From an uncultured bacterium (GTDB lineage: Bacteria > Bacillota_I > Bacilli_A > RFN20 > CAG-826), in assembly GCA_949299335.1 (NCBI GenBank), contig CASGAD010000014.1:66330-130329 (forward strand): DNA of 64,000 nt, in the 5' to 3' direction. The translations under genes and the position numbers were made by a program. The notes under the pieces are model-generated. The model saw nothing but the letters and a program-made list of their open reading frames with translations, was not told where the DNA came from and searched no databases. Shown in pieces: positions 37,292 to 46,999 of this stretch; the first letter of the stretch is position 1, and each line of letters starts with the position of its first letter.

Positions 37292-37329
37292 TACTAAATA
37301 ACTACTAGTTATATACTAATTATTTACTT
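37292..37329 (-). repeat. Phased TAGTA array 5 (period 11 bp), fills the xseB-dinB gap
   Basis: Plus-strand TACTA at 37292, 37303 and 37314. TACTT at 37325 overlaps the xseB TAA stop. Confidence 0.7.
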
Positions 37330-37503
37330 ATTTAATTTTTCTTTGGCTTTTTCAATTATTTCACCTAAATCTTTAATTAATTCTTGAGCTTCATCATATA
37401 ACTTCAAACTTTTCTCAAGATCTAATTCACCACTATCAATTTGACTTACAATTTTTGATAGTTTTTCCATTTTTTCTTCAAATGTTAACTTCTTTTCAGC
37501 CAT
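37324..37503 (-). CDS. xseB: Exodeoxyribonuclease VII small subunit (not in the ORF track, 59 aa)
   Basis: Hand translation gives MAEKKLTFEEKMEKLSKIVSQIDSGELDLEKSLKLYDEAQELIKDLGEIIEKAKEKLNK. Starts 1 nt after the xseA stop. Confidence 0.88.
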   Translation of the reverse strand: MAEKKLTFEEKMEKLSKIVSQIDSGELDLEKSLKLYDEAQELIKDLGEIIEKAKEKLNK

Positions 37504-37504
37504 C

Positions 37505-38707
37505 TTATTTTATCTCCTTAACATTAGAAACGATTTCACCATTCATAACTTTTGTTTTAATAGTATCACCTACTTTGATTTTAGACATATCTTTTAAGAT
37601 TTTTCCATCGTTAGAATAAGTTATTGAAAAACCTTTTTTAAGAATATTTTGAGGATTTACTAAATCTAAAGTTTTAACTAAATGATTAAATTCATTTTGA
37701 ACATTATTAATTTTATAAATTAAGGCATTATTTATCTTTTCTTTATATGAATCAAGCTTTTGGTGATATAAAGTAAAAATATTTTGAATATTTAGTAAAC
37801 AGGTCGACTTACTTAATAGTAATAATTCTTTTTCTTTATTAGCTATTATTCTTTTCATTGCTGAATGTAAATAATTTTGAGTTTGCTTTATATCGGTAAT
37901 GACATCATTAATATCAGGAACTGCAATTTCGCAAGCTCCAGTTGGTGTTGAAGCATAAGCATCAGCTACTAAATCGCATAGAGACTGGTTAATTTCATGT
38001 CCAACTGCACTTATAATTGGAATATTTGCTTTATAAATAGCTAAAACAAGTTCTTCATCATCAAATGCACTTAAATCATCTTCAGATCCGCCACCTCGAC
38101 CGATGATAATTAAATCTGGATTTGATTTAATGGCACTATTTAGATTTTTAATTAAATCTTTTGGAGCTTCTTCACCTTGAACTAAAGAATAAAAAATATC
38201 AATATTTGCTAAAGGAAAACGTCTATTTAAGTTAAACTCAAAATCTTTAGCTGCCGCACTGTTTTTTCCTGTAATTATTGCAATTTTTTCAGGAAATGAT
38301 GGAATATTTAATTTATGTTCTTTATCAAATATACCTTGTTTATATAGTTTTTCTTTTAAGGCTTGTTTTTTTAAAAGTTGTAATCCTTTGCCATATAAAG
38401 ACATTGAACGACAAATAACTTGGTAAGTTCCACTAGGAGGATAACTACTAATTGAACCTGTAACAATTACCTCATCCCCGTTTTTAGGCTCAAAATCTAA
38501 GTTATAAGTATCGAACTTAAACATTACAGCACTTATAACACATTTATCGTCTTTTAAAGAAAAATAAAGATGGCCAGATTTGTTCTTGCCACGATAATTT
38601 GATATTTCTCCCTTTATCATTAATTTATTAAATAAAGGGATATTATCAAAGACGCTTTTAACTAGTTCGTTAATTTGCGTTATCGAATAACAATTCTCTT
38701 GTTCCAT
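37505..38707 (-). CDS. xseA: Exodeoxyribonuclease VII large subunit
   Basis: OB-fold N-terminus (GEISN), GRGGGS motif. 400 aa. Confidence 0.9.
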   Translation of the reverse strand: MEQENCYSITQINELVKSVFDNIPLFNKLMIKGEISNYRGKNKSGHLYFSLKDDKCVISAVMFKFDTYNLDFEPKNGDEVIVTGSISSYPPSGTYQVICRSMSLYGKGLQLLKKQALKEKLYKQGIFDKEHKLNIPSFPEKIAIITGKNSAAAKDFEFNLNRRFPLANIDIFYSLVQGEEAPKDLIKNLNSAIKSNPDLIIIGRGGGSEDDLSAFDDEELVLAIYKANIPIISAVGHEINQSLCDLVADAYASTPTGACEIAVPDINDVITDIKQTQNYLHSAMKRIIANKEKELLLLSKSTCLLNIQNIFTLYHQKLDSYKEKINNALIYKINNVQNEFNHLVKTLDLVNPQNILKKGFSITYSNDGKILKDMSKIKVGDTIKTKVMNGEIVSNVKEIK

Positions 38708-39128
38708 CTTTTAAACAACTTTGCAATATGGCGTTGACATATTTATAGTCTTTTTCTCCGCCATCGCCAAATTTTTTAGCAAACTTTACTGCGTTATTAA
38801 TGATAATAGCTTTATCAACTTTTTCTTCAACGAAATAATATTCTGCAACACTAACAATAAAAATTGCTTGAATAACAAGATTTAATCTATGAAATTCCCA
38901 ATTTTTAAGATATTTAGAGACACAAGTAATAATTTCGTTTTGATGTTTTAAAGAATTTAACAAAGTTTCCTTTAAATATATGTCACACTCTTCATAAGGA
39001 GCATCACAAGCATTTGAAATGGCATTTTCAAAATTAATTGGATTATTTGTTTCTTCTAACATCAAAAACGAGTACATGAGTTGAATTGCTATCTCATGCA
39101 ATTTAGCACGATTAATTTCTTTTGACAT
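38670..39128 (-). CDS. nusB: Transcription antitermination factor NusB
   Basis: NusB-like helical pattern. Synteny asp23-nusB-xseA. Start taken at ATG 39128 (MSKEINRAK). Overlaps xseA by 38 nt. Confidence 0.8.
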   Translation of the reverse strand: MSKEINRAKLHEIAIQLMYSFLMLEETNNPINFENAISNACDAPYEECDIYLKETLLNSLKHQNEIITCVSKYLKNWEFHRLNLVIQAIFIVSVAEYYFVEEKVDKAIIINNAVKFAKKFGDGGEKDYKYVNAILQSCLKDGTRELLFDNAN

Positions 39129-39129
39129 A

Positions 39130-39450
39130 TTAAGCCTCAATTGTCTTTTCGACTACTTTAATATTCATTTCAACTGGGACAGTTTCACAAGTCAAAAGTA
39201 AACTATTAGTAATTCTTTCCTCTAATGTTTCTTTAATGTTATCGATATTAGTACCTTTTTTAACATAGACAACTATTTTATAGTTGACTGTGTTATTTTT
39301 AATTTGTGCTGAGACAATAGTATTTTTATCTCTAACGATTTCTTTAATAGATTTTACAGCGTGGTTTGCAACTTCTGTAAAAACCTTTGAAGATAAGCCT
39401 AATTTTCCACCATTAGCACTATAATGTTCTAATAATACATAATTTGCCAT
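39130..39450 (-). CDS. Asp23/Gls24-family protein (YqhY-like)
   Basis: About 106 aa. The pattern and the position upstream of nusB match B. subtilis yqhY. Confidence 0.7.
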   Translation of the reverse strand: MANYVLLEHYSANGGKLGLSSKVFTEVANHAVKSIKEIVRDKNTIVSAQIKNNTVNYKIVVYVKKGTNIDNIKETLEERITNSLLLTCETVPVEMNIKVVEKTIEA

Positions 39451-39451
39451 A

Positions 39452-41449
39452 TTATCTACCTCTAATAACGCTCATTACAACACGTGTAATGTTTTCTGGA
39501 GTAAATCCGAACGATTTAATTACATCTTTAGCTGGACCACTCTTACCGAATTCATTAATTCCAAAGACATATCTAGCATATTTATGTAATCCATAGGTTG
39601 AGTTCATTTCGATAAATAATCTTGATGAATAATCTCCACCTAATGTATTTTCTTGATATTTTTTATCCATTTTATCAAATAATTCGCAACATGGCATTGA
39701 AACTACTCTAACATTAACACCTAATGAGAAAAGCGTTTTCTTAGCTTCTAAAGCCAAAGATACTTCGCTACCGCTCGCGATTAAAGTAAAGTCAAGTTTA
39801 CGTTGTGAAGATTCTCTCGAAACGATATAAGCACCATTTTTGACTAAATCGTAATCACTAGAGTTATCAAGTAATGGCAAATCTTGTCTAGTTAAAATAA
39901 TTGCACTTGGTGTATGTGTACTTTCAAGAGCTAATCTATAACTTGCTAAAGTTTCTCTAGCATCTGCTGGTCTAAATACATTAAGATTAGGAATTGATCT
40001 TAACATCGCAAGTTGTTCAACTGGTTGATGGGTTGGACCATCTTCACCTACAGCAATTGAATCATGTGAGAATAAATAAATTTGTGGTAATTTTTGTAAA
40101 GCACTCATTCTAATAGCAGCTTTGCAATAATCAGCAAAAACAAAGAATGTTCCAGTATATGTTCTTAATCCACCATGGAGCAACATACCATTTGCAGCTG
40201 CTGACATAAAGAATTCTCTAATTCCCCAATTGAAATTTGTTCCTGCTCTATTATTAGGACCCCAAGTTGAACCATTTTTAAGCTTAGTTTTAACACTTTC
40301 AGCAACATCAGCACTACCACCAACAAAATTTGGCAATAATTCATGATAGAAATTTAAAATTTCACCTGAAGTATTTCTTGTTGAGTTCTTTTTAAAGATT
40401 TCAGTATTAATTTTTCCTTTTTCAACGAATGGTTTTACATTATTTTCATTAAATGTTAAGCATTGTTGATATAAAACAGGATTTGACTTTTGAAGTTTAA
40501 TTAATGCTCTAGAATTCTTTTGGAAAGCTAATTCACCTCTATTGATGAATGTTTTTCTAAAGTTATCATAAACTTCAGTTGGAATTGTGAAGTCTGGATA
40601 ATCAAATCCATAACTTAATTTTGCTGCTTTTCCATCTTCAACACCTAATGGAGCACCATGAACTTTACAAGTTCCTTGATTTTTAGATCCAAATCCAATA
40701 ATTGTTTTAAAAATTACTAAAGTTGGAGCTGATTTACTCTTTCTAGCAAGACCTATAGCTTTTTTAATTTGCTTATAGGAATTCCCTTTTTTAACTAAAA
40801 TGACATTCCAATGGCTTGCTAAGAATCTATTTATAATGTCTTCATCACTAGATTGAGATAATGGACCATCTAATGTTACATTATTTCTATCATAAAGTAA
40901 GATTAATTTATTTAATTTATTAAGGCCGGCAAAACTAATTGCTTCTTGAGAAATGCCTTCTTCTAAACAACCATCTCCACATAAACAATAGGTATAGTGA
41001 TTATAAATGCTACTTCCATACATTGATTGTAATTTAGTTTCAGCAATTGCCATACCTACAGCTTGAGCAATTCCTTGTCCTAAAGGACCACTTCCAGCAT
41101 CGATTCCATCAGTTTCACCAAATTCAGGATGACCTGGAGTCCTACTATTTAATTGTCTAAAAGATTTTAAATCATCTAATGTTACATCATATCCGCAAAG
41201 ATGAAGCATTGTGTAATAAAGCATACTGCCATGTCCACAGCTCATAACAAATCTGTCACGGTTTAACCATTTTGATTGATAAGGATTAGAAACTAAATAA
41301 TCCTTAAATAATGAATAAACAATAGGAGCAGCACTTAAACACATTCCAGGGTGTCCACTTTTTGACTTATTAATACCATCAATACAAGTAGCTCTAATGG
41401 TTGCAATGCTTAACTCATCAATGTTTCTAATTTTTACGGCTTTTGACAT
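39452..41449 (-). CDS. tkt: Transketolase
   Basis: SGHPG, GDGCLEEGIS, GEDGPTHQP. 665 aa. Confidence 0.95.
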   Translation of the reverse strand: MSKAVKIRNIDELSIATIRATCIDGINKSKSGHPGMCLSAAPIVYSLFKDYLVSNPYQSKWLNRDRFVMSCGHGSMLYYTMLHLCGYDVTLDDLKSFRQLNSRTPGHPEFGETDGIDAGSGPLGQGIAQAVGMAIAETKLQSMYGSSIYNHYTYCLCGDGCLEEGISQEAISFAGLNKLNKLILLYDRNNVTLDGPLSQSSDEDIINRFLASHWNVILVKKGNSYKQIKKAIGLARKSKSAPTLVIFKTIIGFGSKNQGTCKVHGAPLGVEDGKAAKLSYGFDYPDFTIPTEVYDNFRKTFINRGELAFQKNSRALIKLQKSNPVLYQQCLTFNENNVKPFVEKGKINTEIFKKNSTRNTSGEILNFYHELLPNFVGGSADVAESVKTKLKNGSTWGPNNRAGTNFNWGIREFFMSAAANGMLLHGGLRTYTGTFFVFADYCKAAIRMSALQKLPQIYLFSHDSIAVGEDGPTHQPVEQLAMLRSIPNLNVFRPADARETLASYRLALESTHTPSAIILTRQDLPLLDNSSDYDLVKNGAYIVSRESSQRKLDFTLIASGSEVSLALEAKKTLFSLGVNVRVVSMPCCELFDKMDKKYQENTLGGDYSSRLFIEMNSTYGLHKYARYVFGINEFGKSGPAKDVIKSFGFTPENITRVVMSVIRGR

Positions 41450-41451
41450 AA

Positions 41452-43209
41452 TTATTTCTCCTCTATAACTTTAAGTCCAAGATCTTTTAGTTGATCTTCA
41501 TCAACACTTAATGGAGCGTTTGTAACTGGACAAACTGCTGATAAATTTTTAGGGAAAGCGATAACATCTCTAATATTATCTGTTCCACTTAAAATCATTG
41601 TAAGTCTATCAAGTCCAAGAGCAAATCCACCATGTGGAGGTGTTCCATATTTTAAAGCTTCTACAAAGAATCCAAATTTTCTTTCGATATCTTCTTGTGT
41701 GAAGCCAAGGACTTTAAAAATTTCTTTTTGAACATCTTGGTCGTAGATTCTTAAAGAACCACCACCAGCTTCATATCCATTTATTACTATATCATAAGCA
41801 TAGCTATAAACGTTATATGGTTCTGTTTCTAATTTATCTAAATCTTCATCACATGGTCTAGTAAATGGGTGATGACATGGGGTAATTTCACCAGTTTCTT
41901 CACTCTTTTCAAATAACGGGAAATGTACAACCCATAATAGATCAAATGTATTTGGTTTAACTAATTGTAATTCTTTAGCTAACGTTGTTCTTAAAGCACC
42001 TAATCCAAAGTTAAGATCTCTTAAAATTTGGCTTGTGCCAATAATTAAAGCATCACCATCTTTAAGTTCCATCCTTGTGATTAATTGTTTTTGAATTTCT
42101 TCACTTAAAAATTTGACTAATGAACCTTCTAAAACACCATTTTCATATTTAAAGTATCCAAATTGTTTCATATTAAACTTTGGAGCAATTAAATTTAATT
42201 GGTCTTGTTTTTTACGTGAAAGTTCTTTAGCGAATCCATCTACTCTAATAGCCTTAACATATTTATTTTCTTTATATGCGTTAAATTCTGAATTAACAAG
42301 GATATCTTTTACATCAATTAAATATAAAGCATATCTTGTATCAGGCTTATCACTTCCATATTTATTAACTGCTTCTAAGTAATCCATTCTTCTTAAAGGC
42401 AATTTTACATCATAATTTAAAACCTTTTTAAAAATGTTACTGACAAGTCCTTCGCCTAAAGTTAAGATTTCATCTTGGTTTAAAAAACTTGTTTCGACAT
42501 CAATTTGAGTAAAATCTGGTTGTCTATCAGCTCTTAAATCTTCATCTCTAAAGCAACGAGCAACTTGATAGTATCTTTCAAAACCAGCTACCATTAACAT
42601 TTGCTTATATAATTGGGGTGATTGAGGTAATGCATAGAATTGTCCATGATGAATTCTACTAGGAACTAAATAATCTCTAGCTCCTTCTGGAGTCGAAGGT
42701 GCTAAATATGGGGTTTCTATCTCAATGAAATCATTAGCATCTAAATATTCATGAACTGCTTTAACAATATTTGCTCTAATCTTAAAACGTTTTTGCATTA
42801 CATTTCTTCTTAGATCTAAATAACGATATTTAAGTCTAATATCTTCGTTTGCATCAGTATTTTCTTGAGTTGAAATTGGAGGTTGAGTAGCTTTATTAAT
42901 AACTTTTACATAGCTTGCTAAAAGTTCAACTTCTCCAGTAGCTAAATTTTTATTAGGAACATCTTTTTTAACAATTGTACCCTTGATTTCTACTACATAT
43001 TCATTACGAATATCAGGAACTTCAATTTCATCTGGTTTTATACAAACTTGTAAATATCCTTCTCTATCCCTTACATCGAGAAACATCAAACTACCAAGTT
43101 TTCTAATTTTAGATACCCAGCCTAAAATGGAAACTTCTTTTCCGACATCGGAAACTCTAAAATTTCCACAATAGTTAGTTCTAGTAAATTTTTCTTCCAT
43201 TACATCCAT
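41452..43209 (-). CDS. aspS: Aspartate--tRNA ligase
   Basis: FRDEDLRADRQPEF-like motif 2 and GLDRL motif 3. The start is uncertain: ATG 43209, ATG 43200 or GTG 43227. Confidence 0.9.
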   Translation of the reverse strand: MDVMEEKFTRTNYCGNFRVSDVGKEVSILGWVSKIRKLGSLMFLDVRDREGYLQVCIKPDEIEVPDIRNEYVVEIKGTIVKKDVPNKNLATGEVELLASYVKVINKATQPPISTQENTDANEDIRLKYRYLDLRRNVMQKRFKIRANIVKAVHEYLDANDFIEIETPYLAPSTPEGARDYLVPSRIHHGQFYALPQSPQLYKQMLMVAGFERYYQVARCFRDEDLRADRQPDFTQIDVETSFLNQDEILTLGEGLVSNIFKKVLNYDVKLPLRRMDYLEAVNKYGSDKPDTRYALYLIDVKDILVNSEFNAYKENKYVKAIRVDGFAKELSRKKQDQLNLIAPKFNMKQFGYFKYENGVLEGSLVKFLSEEIQKQLITRMELKDGDALIIGTSQILRDLNFGLGALRTTLAKELQLVKPNTFDLLWVVHFPLFEKSEETGEITPCHHPFTRPCDEDLDKLETEPYNVYSYAYDIVINGYEAGGGSLRIYDQDVQKEIFKVLGFTQEDIERKFGFFVEALKYGTPPHGGFALGLDRLTMILSGTDNIRDVIAFPKNLSAVCPVTNAPLSVDEDQLKDLGLKVIEEK

Positions 43210-43243
43210 ATATTTCAAAAATCTCACTTTCTATACAATAAAT

Positions 43244-44617
43244 TTATTCTTTATGATGGCATCCACAATGACAGTGTTCATCATCATGATGATTTTCACA
43301 TTCACATTCATGATCTTCGCCACAATGACAGTGTTCATCATGCTCATCTTCAGCAAATAAATCATCAAGTACATCAATCAATTCATTTTCTTTTACTTCA
43401 ATTTGCTCTTGAGACATCATATTTTTAAGAACAAATTTATGAGAATCTAATTCATTATCACCAATAATTAAGGCATAAAGAGCGTCTCTACGTTCACCTT
43501 TTTTAAACATTTGACTCATGCCTTTATTTTCTAAACAAATATCACATGTATAACCTGACATTCTAATAACATTAGCGATTGATAAAGATTCATTTATTGC
43601 TCTTTCACCAATTGGCATCAAATATACATCTAAGAATTGTTCGATATCAGTAAATAAATTATCATCTTCCATAACACTAGCAAGTCTTTCAATACCCATA
43701 GCGTAGCCACAACCTTCAATTTCTGGTCCACCTAATTCATGGATTAACTTGTTATAATGTCCTCCAGCGCCAATTGCACCATAATTTTTGCCTTGGCTAG
43801 AAGTATAATGGAATTCAAAAACAACTCCACTATAATAATCAAGACCTCTAACTAATTCATGGTCAATAGTATATTTAATTCCTAATTTATCTAGATTAGT
43901 TAAGACTGTATCAAAATCTTTTTTAGCACTTTCACTTAAAAAATCAGTAATTTTTGGTGCCTTATCGATAATTTCGCGGTCTTCTTTAACTTTACAATCT
44001 AATATTCTAAGAATATTAAGTTTAAATCTTTCTTTACAATCTTCACACATTGTGTCGATATATTGAGAAAAATACTCTTTTAATGCTTCTTTATATTTGT
44101 TTCTAGATTCTTCATCGCCCAAAGTATTGATTTTTAATTCCAAATTTTGGAATCCAAGCATCATTAAAGAGTTATATCCCATCGAAATAACTTCTGCATC
44201 TCTTTCGCTTCTAATAACTCCTGCACATTCGACACCGAATTGGTTAAATTGTCTATATCTACCTTGTTGTGGTCTTTCATAACGGAAACAAGGACCACAA
44301 TAATAGCCTTTAATTGGATAATCTTGCATAGCAAAAAGTTTATTTGCTACCATCGATCTAATTGTTCCGGCAGTAATTTCAGGTCTTAAAGTAATGCTTC
44401 TACCACCTTTGTCATCAAAAGTGTACATTTCTTTACGAACAATATCGCTACTATCACCGACACTTCTTAAAAATAATTCACTCGTTTCAATAATAGGAGT
44501 TCTAAATTCTTTATAGCCATATAATTCAGCAGTTCTTTCTAAAACTACTTCAATATATGAATATTTTCTAGCTTCATCCAATATTACATCATGAGTTCCT
44601 TTAACTAAATTAAACAT
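43244..44617 (-). CDS. hisS: Histidine--tRNA ligase with a His/Cys/acidic C-terminal tail
   Basis: Class II motifs (CFRYERPQ.GR.RQF, GGRYD-like GAGGHYN). The last roughly 35 aa read EDEHDEHCHCGEDHECECENHHDDEHCHCGCHHKE. Confidence 0.92.
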   Translation of the reverse strand: MFNLVKGTHDVILDEARKYSYIEVVLERTAELYGYKEFRTPIIETSELFLRSVGDSSDIVRKEMYTFDDKGGRSITLRPEITAGTIRSMVANKLFAMQDYPIKGYYCGPCFRYERPQQGRYRQFNQFGVECAGVIRSERDAEVISMGYNSLMMLGFQNLELKINTLGDEESRNKYKEALKEYFSQYIDTMCEDCKERFKLNILRILDCKVKEDREIIDKAPKITDFLSESAKKDFDTVLTNLDKLGIKYTIDHELVRGLDYYSGVVFEFHYTSSQGKNYGAIGAGGHYNKLIHELGGPEIEGCGYAMGIERLASVMEDDNLFTDIEQFLDVYLMPIGERAINESLSIANVIRMSGYTCDICLENKGMSQMFKKGERRDALYALIIGDNELDSHKFVLKNMMSQEQIEVKENELIDVLDDLFAEDEHDEHCHCGEDHECECENHHDDEHCHCGCHHKE

Positions 44618-44639
44618 AAAAAACCTCTTAACTTTAATA

Positions 44640-44669
44640 ATTATAAATAATTATTATGCTTTCGTTCAA
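44640..44669 (-). promoter_or_regulatory. Candidate sigma-A promoter of hisS-aspS
   Basis: On the minus strand: TTGAAC (44669-44664), 18-nt spacer, TATAAT (44645-44640). SD AAGAGG before ATG 44617. Confidence 0.45.
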
Positions 44670-44693
44670 GAAAATAGAGAAATAATCGTATCT

Positions 44694-46964
44694 TTAATGA
44701 ATAACACGTCTTACTTCGTAAATGTCTTTCATACCCTTTAAAATGTCAAAAATGTGTTGAAGAACGTTGGCATCACTAACATAAATTTGGCAATAAACAC
44801 TTGTAGTCATGTTTTCTTGATGCATCTTAGCGTTAATTTCAGTACATTTGACTTTGTTAGCGTTAAAAGCGTTTAAAATATCAGCTAATAAGTTATTTCT
44901 ATCTCTTGATTCAATAACAATATCAACTGGATATGATTTTATTCCTAAGTTTGTTTTCCGATGAACATCGATTAATCTACCCTTAACATTTGCAACATTT
45001 GGGCAATTTATTCTATGAACAGTAACTCCATTACCTTTAGTGACATAACCAATAATATTATCTCCTGGAATTGGCGTACAGCAATTTCCAAGAGTGATTT
45101 TAAAGCCAGTTTGATTATCAATAGTTACTGGACAATTGTCATCTTCAAAATTTTCTTTTCTACTAATCTTTAATTCTGAAGTTTCAACTCTTTTAATTTT
45201 TAAGAAATCACAAATTTGAGCTGGAGTTGGATTATGCGCAGCAACAGCCATAAATAAATCATCAACAGTAGATAATTGGTAGTTCTTTAGTACTTTATCA
45301 GTAGATATTAAGGATATCATTTCGTTTTCATCGTACCCTCTATCCTTGAAGAAATCACTTAAAATAGTTTTACCTCTAGCAATTTTTTCATCTTTTACTA
45401 GTCCACTATTTTTCTTTTGTAAGAATTTTTTAATATGCCCTTTTGCACTATTAGTTTTTACAATATTTAACCAGTTTTCATTAGGACCAGGTGCGGTTTT
45501 AGAAGTTTTAATCTCTACAATATCACCAGTTTTTAAAATTGTATTTAAAGGTACTAATGTATTATTAACTATTGCACCAACTGCTGTGTCACCTACTTTA
45601 GTATGAATTTTATAAGCGAAATCTAAAGGTGTTGAACCATTTGGTAAATCTATTACTTTTCCTTTTGGAGTGAAAACATAAACATTTGCCTCAAAGATAT
45701 CTTTACTTAGTGATTCCATATATTCACTAGCCGTTTTATCTCGGGAACTATTATTTATGCTTAAGAAATCTCTAAACCAATGCAACTTTTCTTCGATTTC
45801 ATGTTGTTCTTGCTTAGGACTATAATGTGCCCCTTCTTTATATCTCCAGTGTGCTGCAACACCAGTTTCAGCAATTTCATCCATTTCTTTAGTTCTTATT
45901 TGAACTTCGAAGATATTACCATCCCCAGCGATAATTGACGTATGTAAAGATTGATACATATTTGGTTTAGGCATTGCTATATAATCTTTAAATCTTCCTG
46001 GAATTGGTTTAAAGTGAGCGTGAATTAAACCTAATATTTCATAACAATTTAATTCAGTCTCAGTAATAATTCTTAAAGCCAAAAAATCATAGATTTCATC
46101 AAAAGCATGGCCTTTAATGAACATCTTTTTATAGATTGAATATACAGACTTAATTCTAGATTCAATTTCAAATTTAATATTTTGCTCAATTAAAATATCA
46201 GCAATTTTCTTTTTTAAACTATTTAACGCTTTAGTTCTATTAGCAATTTTTTCATTTAATTGAGAAACTATATGATGAAATTCAACAGGACGTTCGATTT
46301 CAAGAGATAAATCCTCTAATTCACTCTCTAACTTATAAATACCTAATCTATGAGCAATTGGAGCAAAAACTTCTAATGTTTCTTTAGCTAAAGCATGTTG
46401 TCTATCAGGTTTTAAAGCTTTAACTGTTCTCATATTATGAAGTCTATCGGCTAATTTAATGATAATGACACGGACATCTTTAGCCATTCCTAGAAAGATT
46501 TTACGATGATCTTCAGCTGCAAATTCTTCTTCAGTACGTTTTGAAAGCTTCAATCGTTGAATTTTAGTTAACGCATCAACGATTCTAGCACAATCTTCGC
46601 CAAACATTGCCTTAATATCATCAATTGATGTATCAGTATCTTCAACAACATCATGCAATAAAGCAGCGCAAAGAGTAATAGGTCCGCTTTGAAGTGAAGC
46701 ACAAATATAAGCAACTTCAATTAAGTGTTGCAAGTATGGCTCTCCACTTTTTCTAAAGATTCCATCGTGCTTTTTTCTAACAAATTCATAAGCTTTAATA
46801 ATTAAATCACGGTCTTTTTCATCGTGAATATAAGAAAAATATATTTCTTGGACATCTTCAATTGTATGCATTACATAACCACCATTTTGTAAAATAGGTG
46901 ATTCGTCTTTAGCATCAAGTGTTAGGGCTTCAGTTTGTACACCATCTCTTTTAATCTCTTCCAT
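44694..46964 (-). CDS. relA: Bifunctional (p)ppGpp synthetase/hydrolase RelA/SpoT (Rel)
   Basis: HD motif HDVVEDT, synthetase domain, TGS and ACT regions. Start at ATG 46964 with SD GAGGA. Confidence 0.92.
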   Translation of the reverse strand: MEEIKRDGVQTEALTLDAKDESPILQNGGYVMHTIEDVQEIYFSYIHDEKDRDLIIKAYEFVRKKHDGIFRKSGEPYLQHLIEVAYICASLQSGPITLCAALLHDVVEDTDTSIDDIKAMFGEDCARIVDALTKIQRLKLSKRTEEEFAAEDHRKIFLGMAKDVRVIIIKLADRLHNMRTVKALKPDRQHALAKETLEVFAPIAHRLGIYKLESELEDLSLEIERPVEFHHIVSQLNEKIANRTKALNSLKKKIADILIEQNIKFEIESRIKSVYSIYKKMFIKGHAFDEIYDFLALRIITETELNCYEILGLIHAHFKPIPGRFKDYIAMPKPNMYQSLHTSIIAGDGNIFEVQIRTKEMDEIAETGVAAHWRYKEGAHYSPKQEQHEIEEKLHWFRDFLSINNSSRDKTASEYMESLSKDIFEANVYVFTPKGKVIDLPNGSTPLDFAYKIHTKVGDTAVGAIVNNTLVPLNTILKTGDIVEIKTSKTAPGPNENWLNIVKTNSAKGHIKKFLQKKNSGLVKDEKIARGKTILSDFFKDRGYDENEMISLISTDKVLKNYQLSTVDDLFMAVAAHNPTPAQICDFLKIKRVETSELKISRKENFEDDNCPVTIDNQTGFKITLGNCCTPIPGDNIIGYVTKGNGVTVHRINCPNVANVKGRLIDVHRKTNLGIKSYPVDIVIESRDRNNLLADILNAFNANKVKCTEINAKMHQENMTTSVYCQIYVSDANVLQHIFDILKGMKDIYEVRRVIH

Positions 46965-46999
46965 AATTAAGTCCTCAAATAAATAATATAACAAATAAA

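Noticed and set aside
37287-37323. SOS (LexA/Cheo) box upstream of dinB.
   Set aside because: No CGAAC-N4-GTTCG-like sequence is present. The gap is fully occupied by the TAGTA array.
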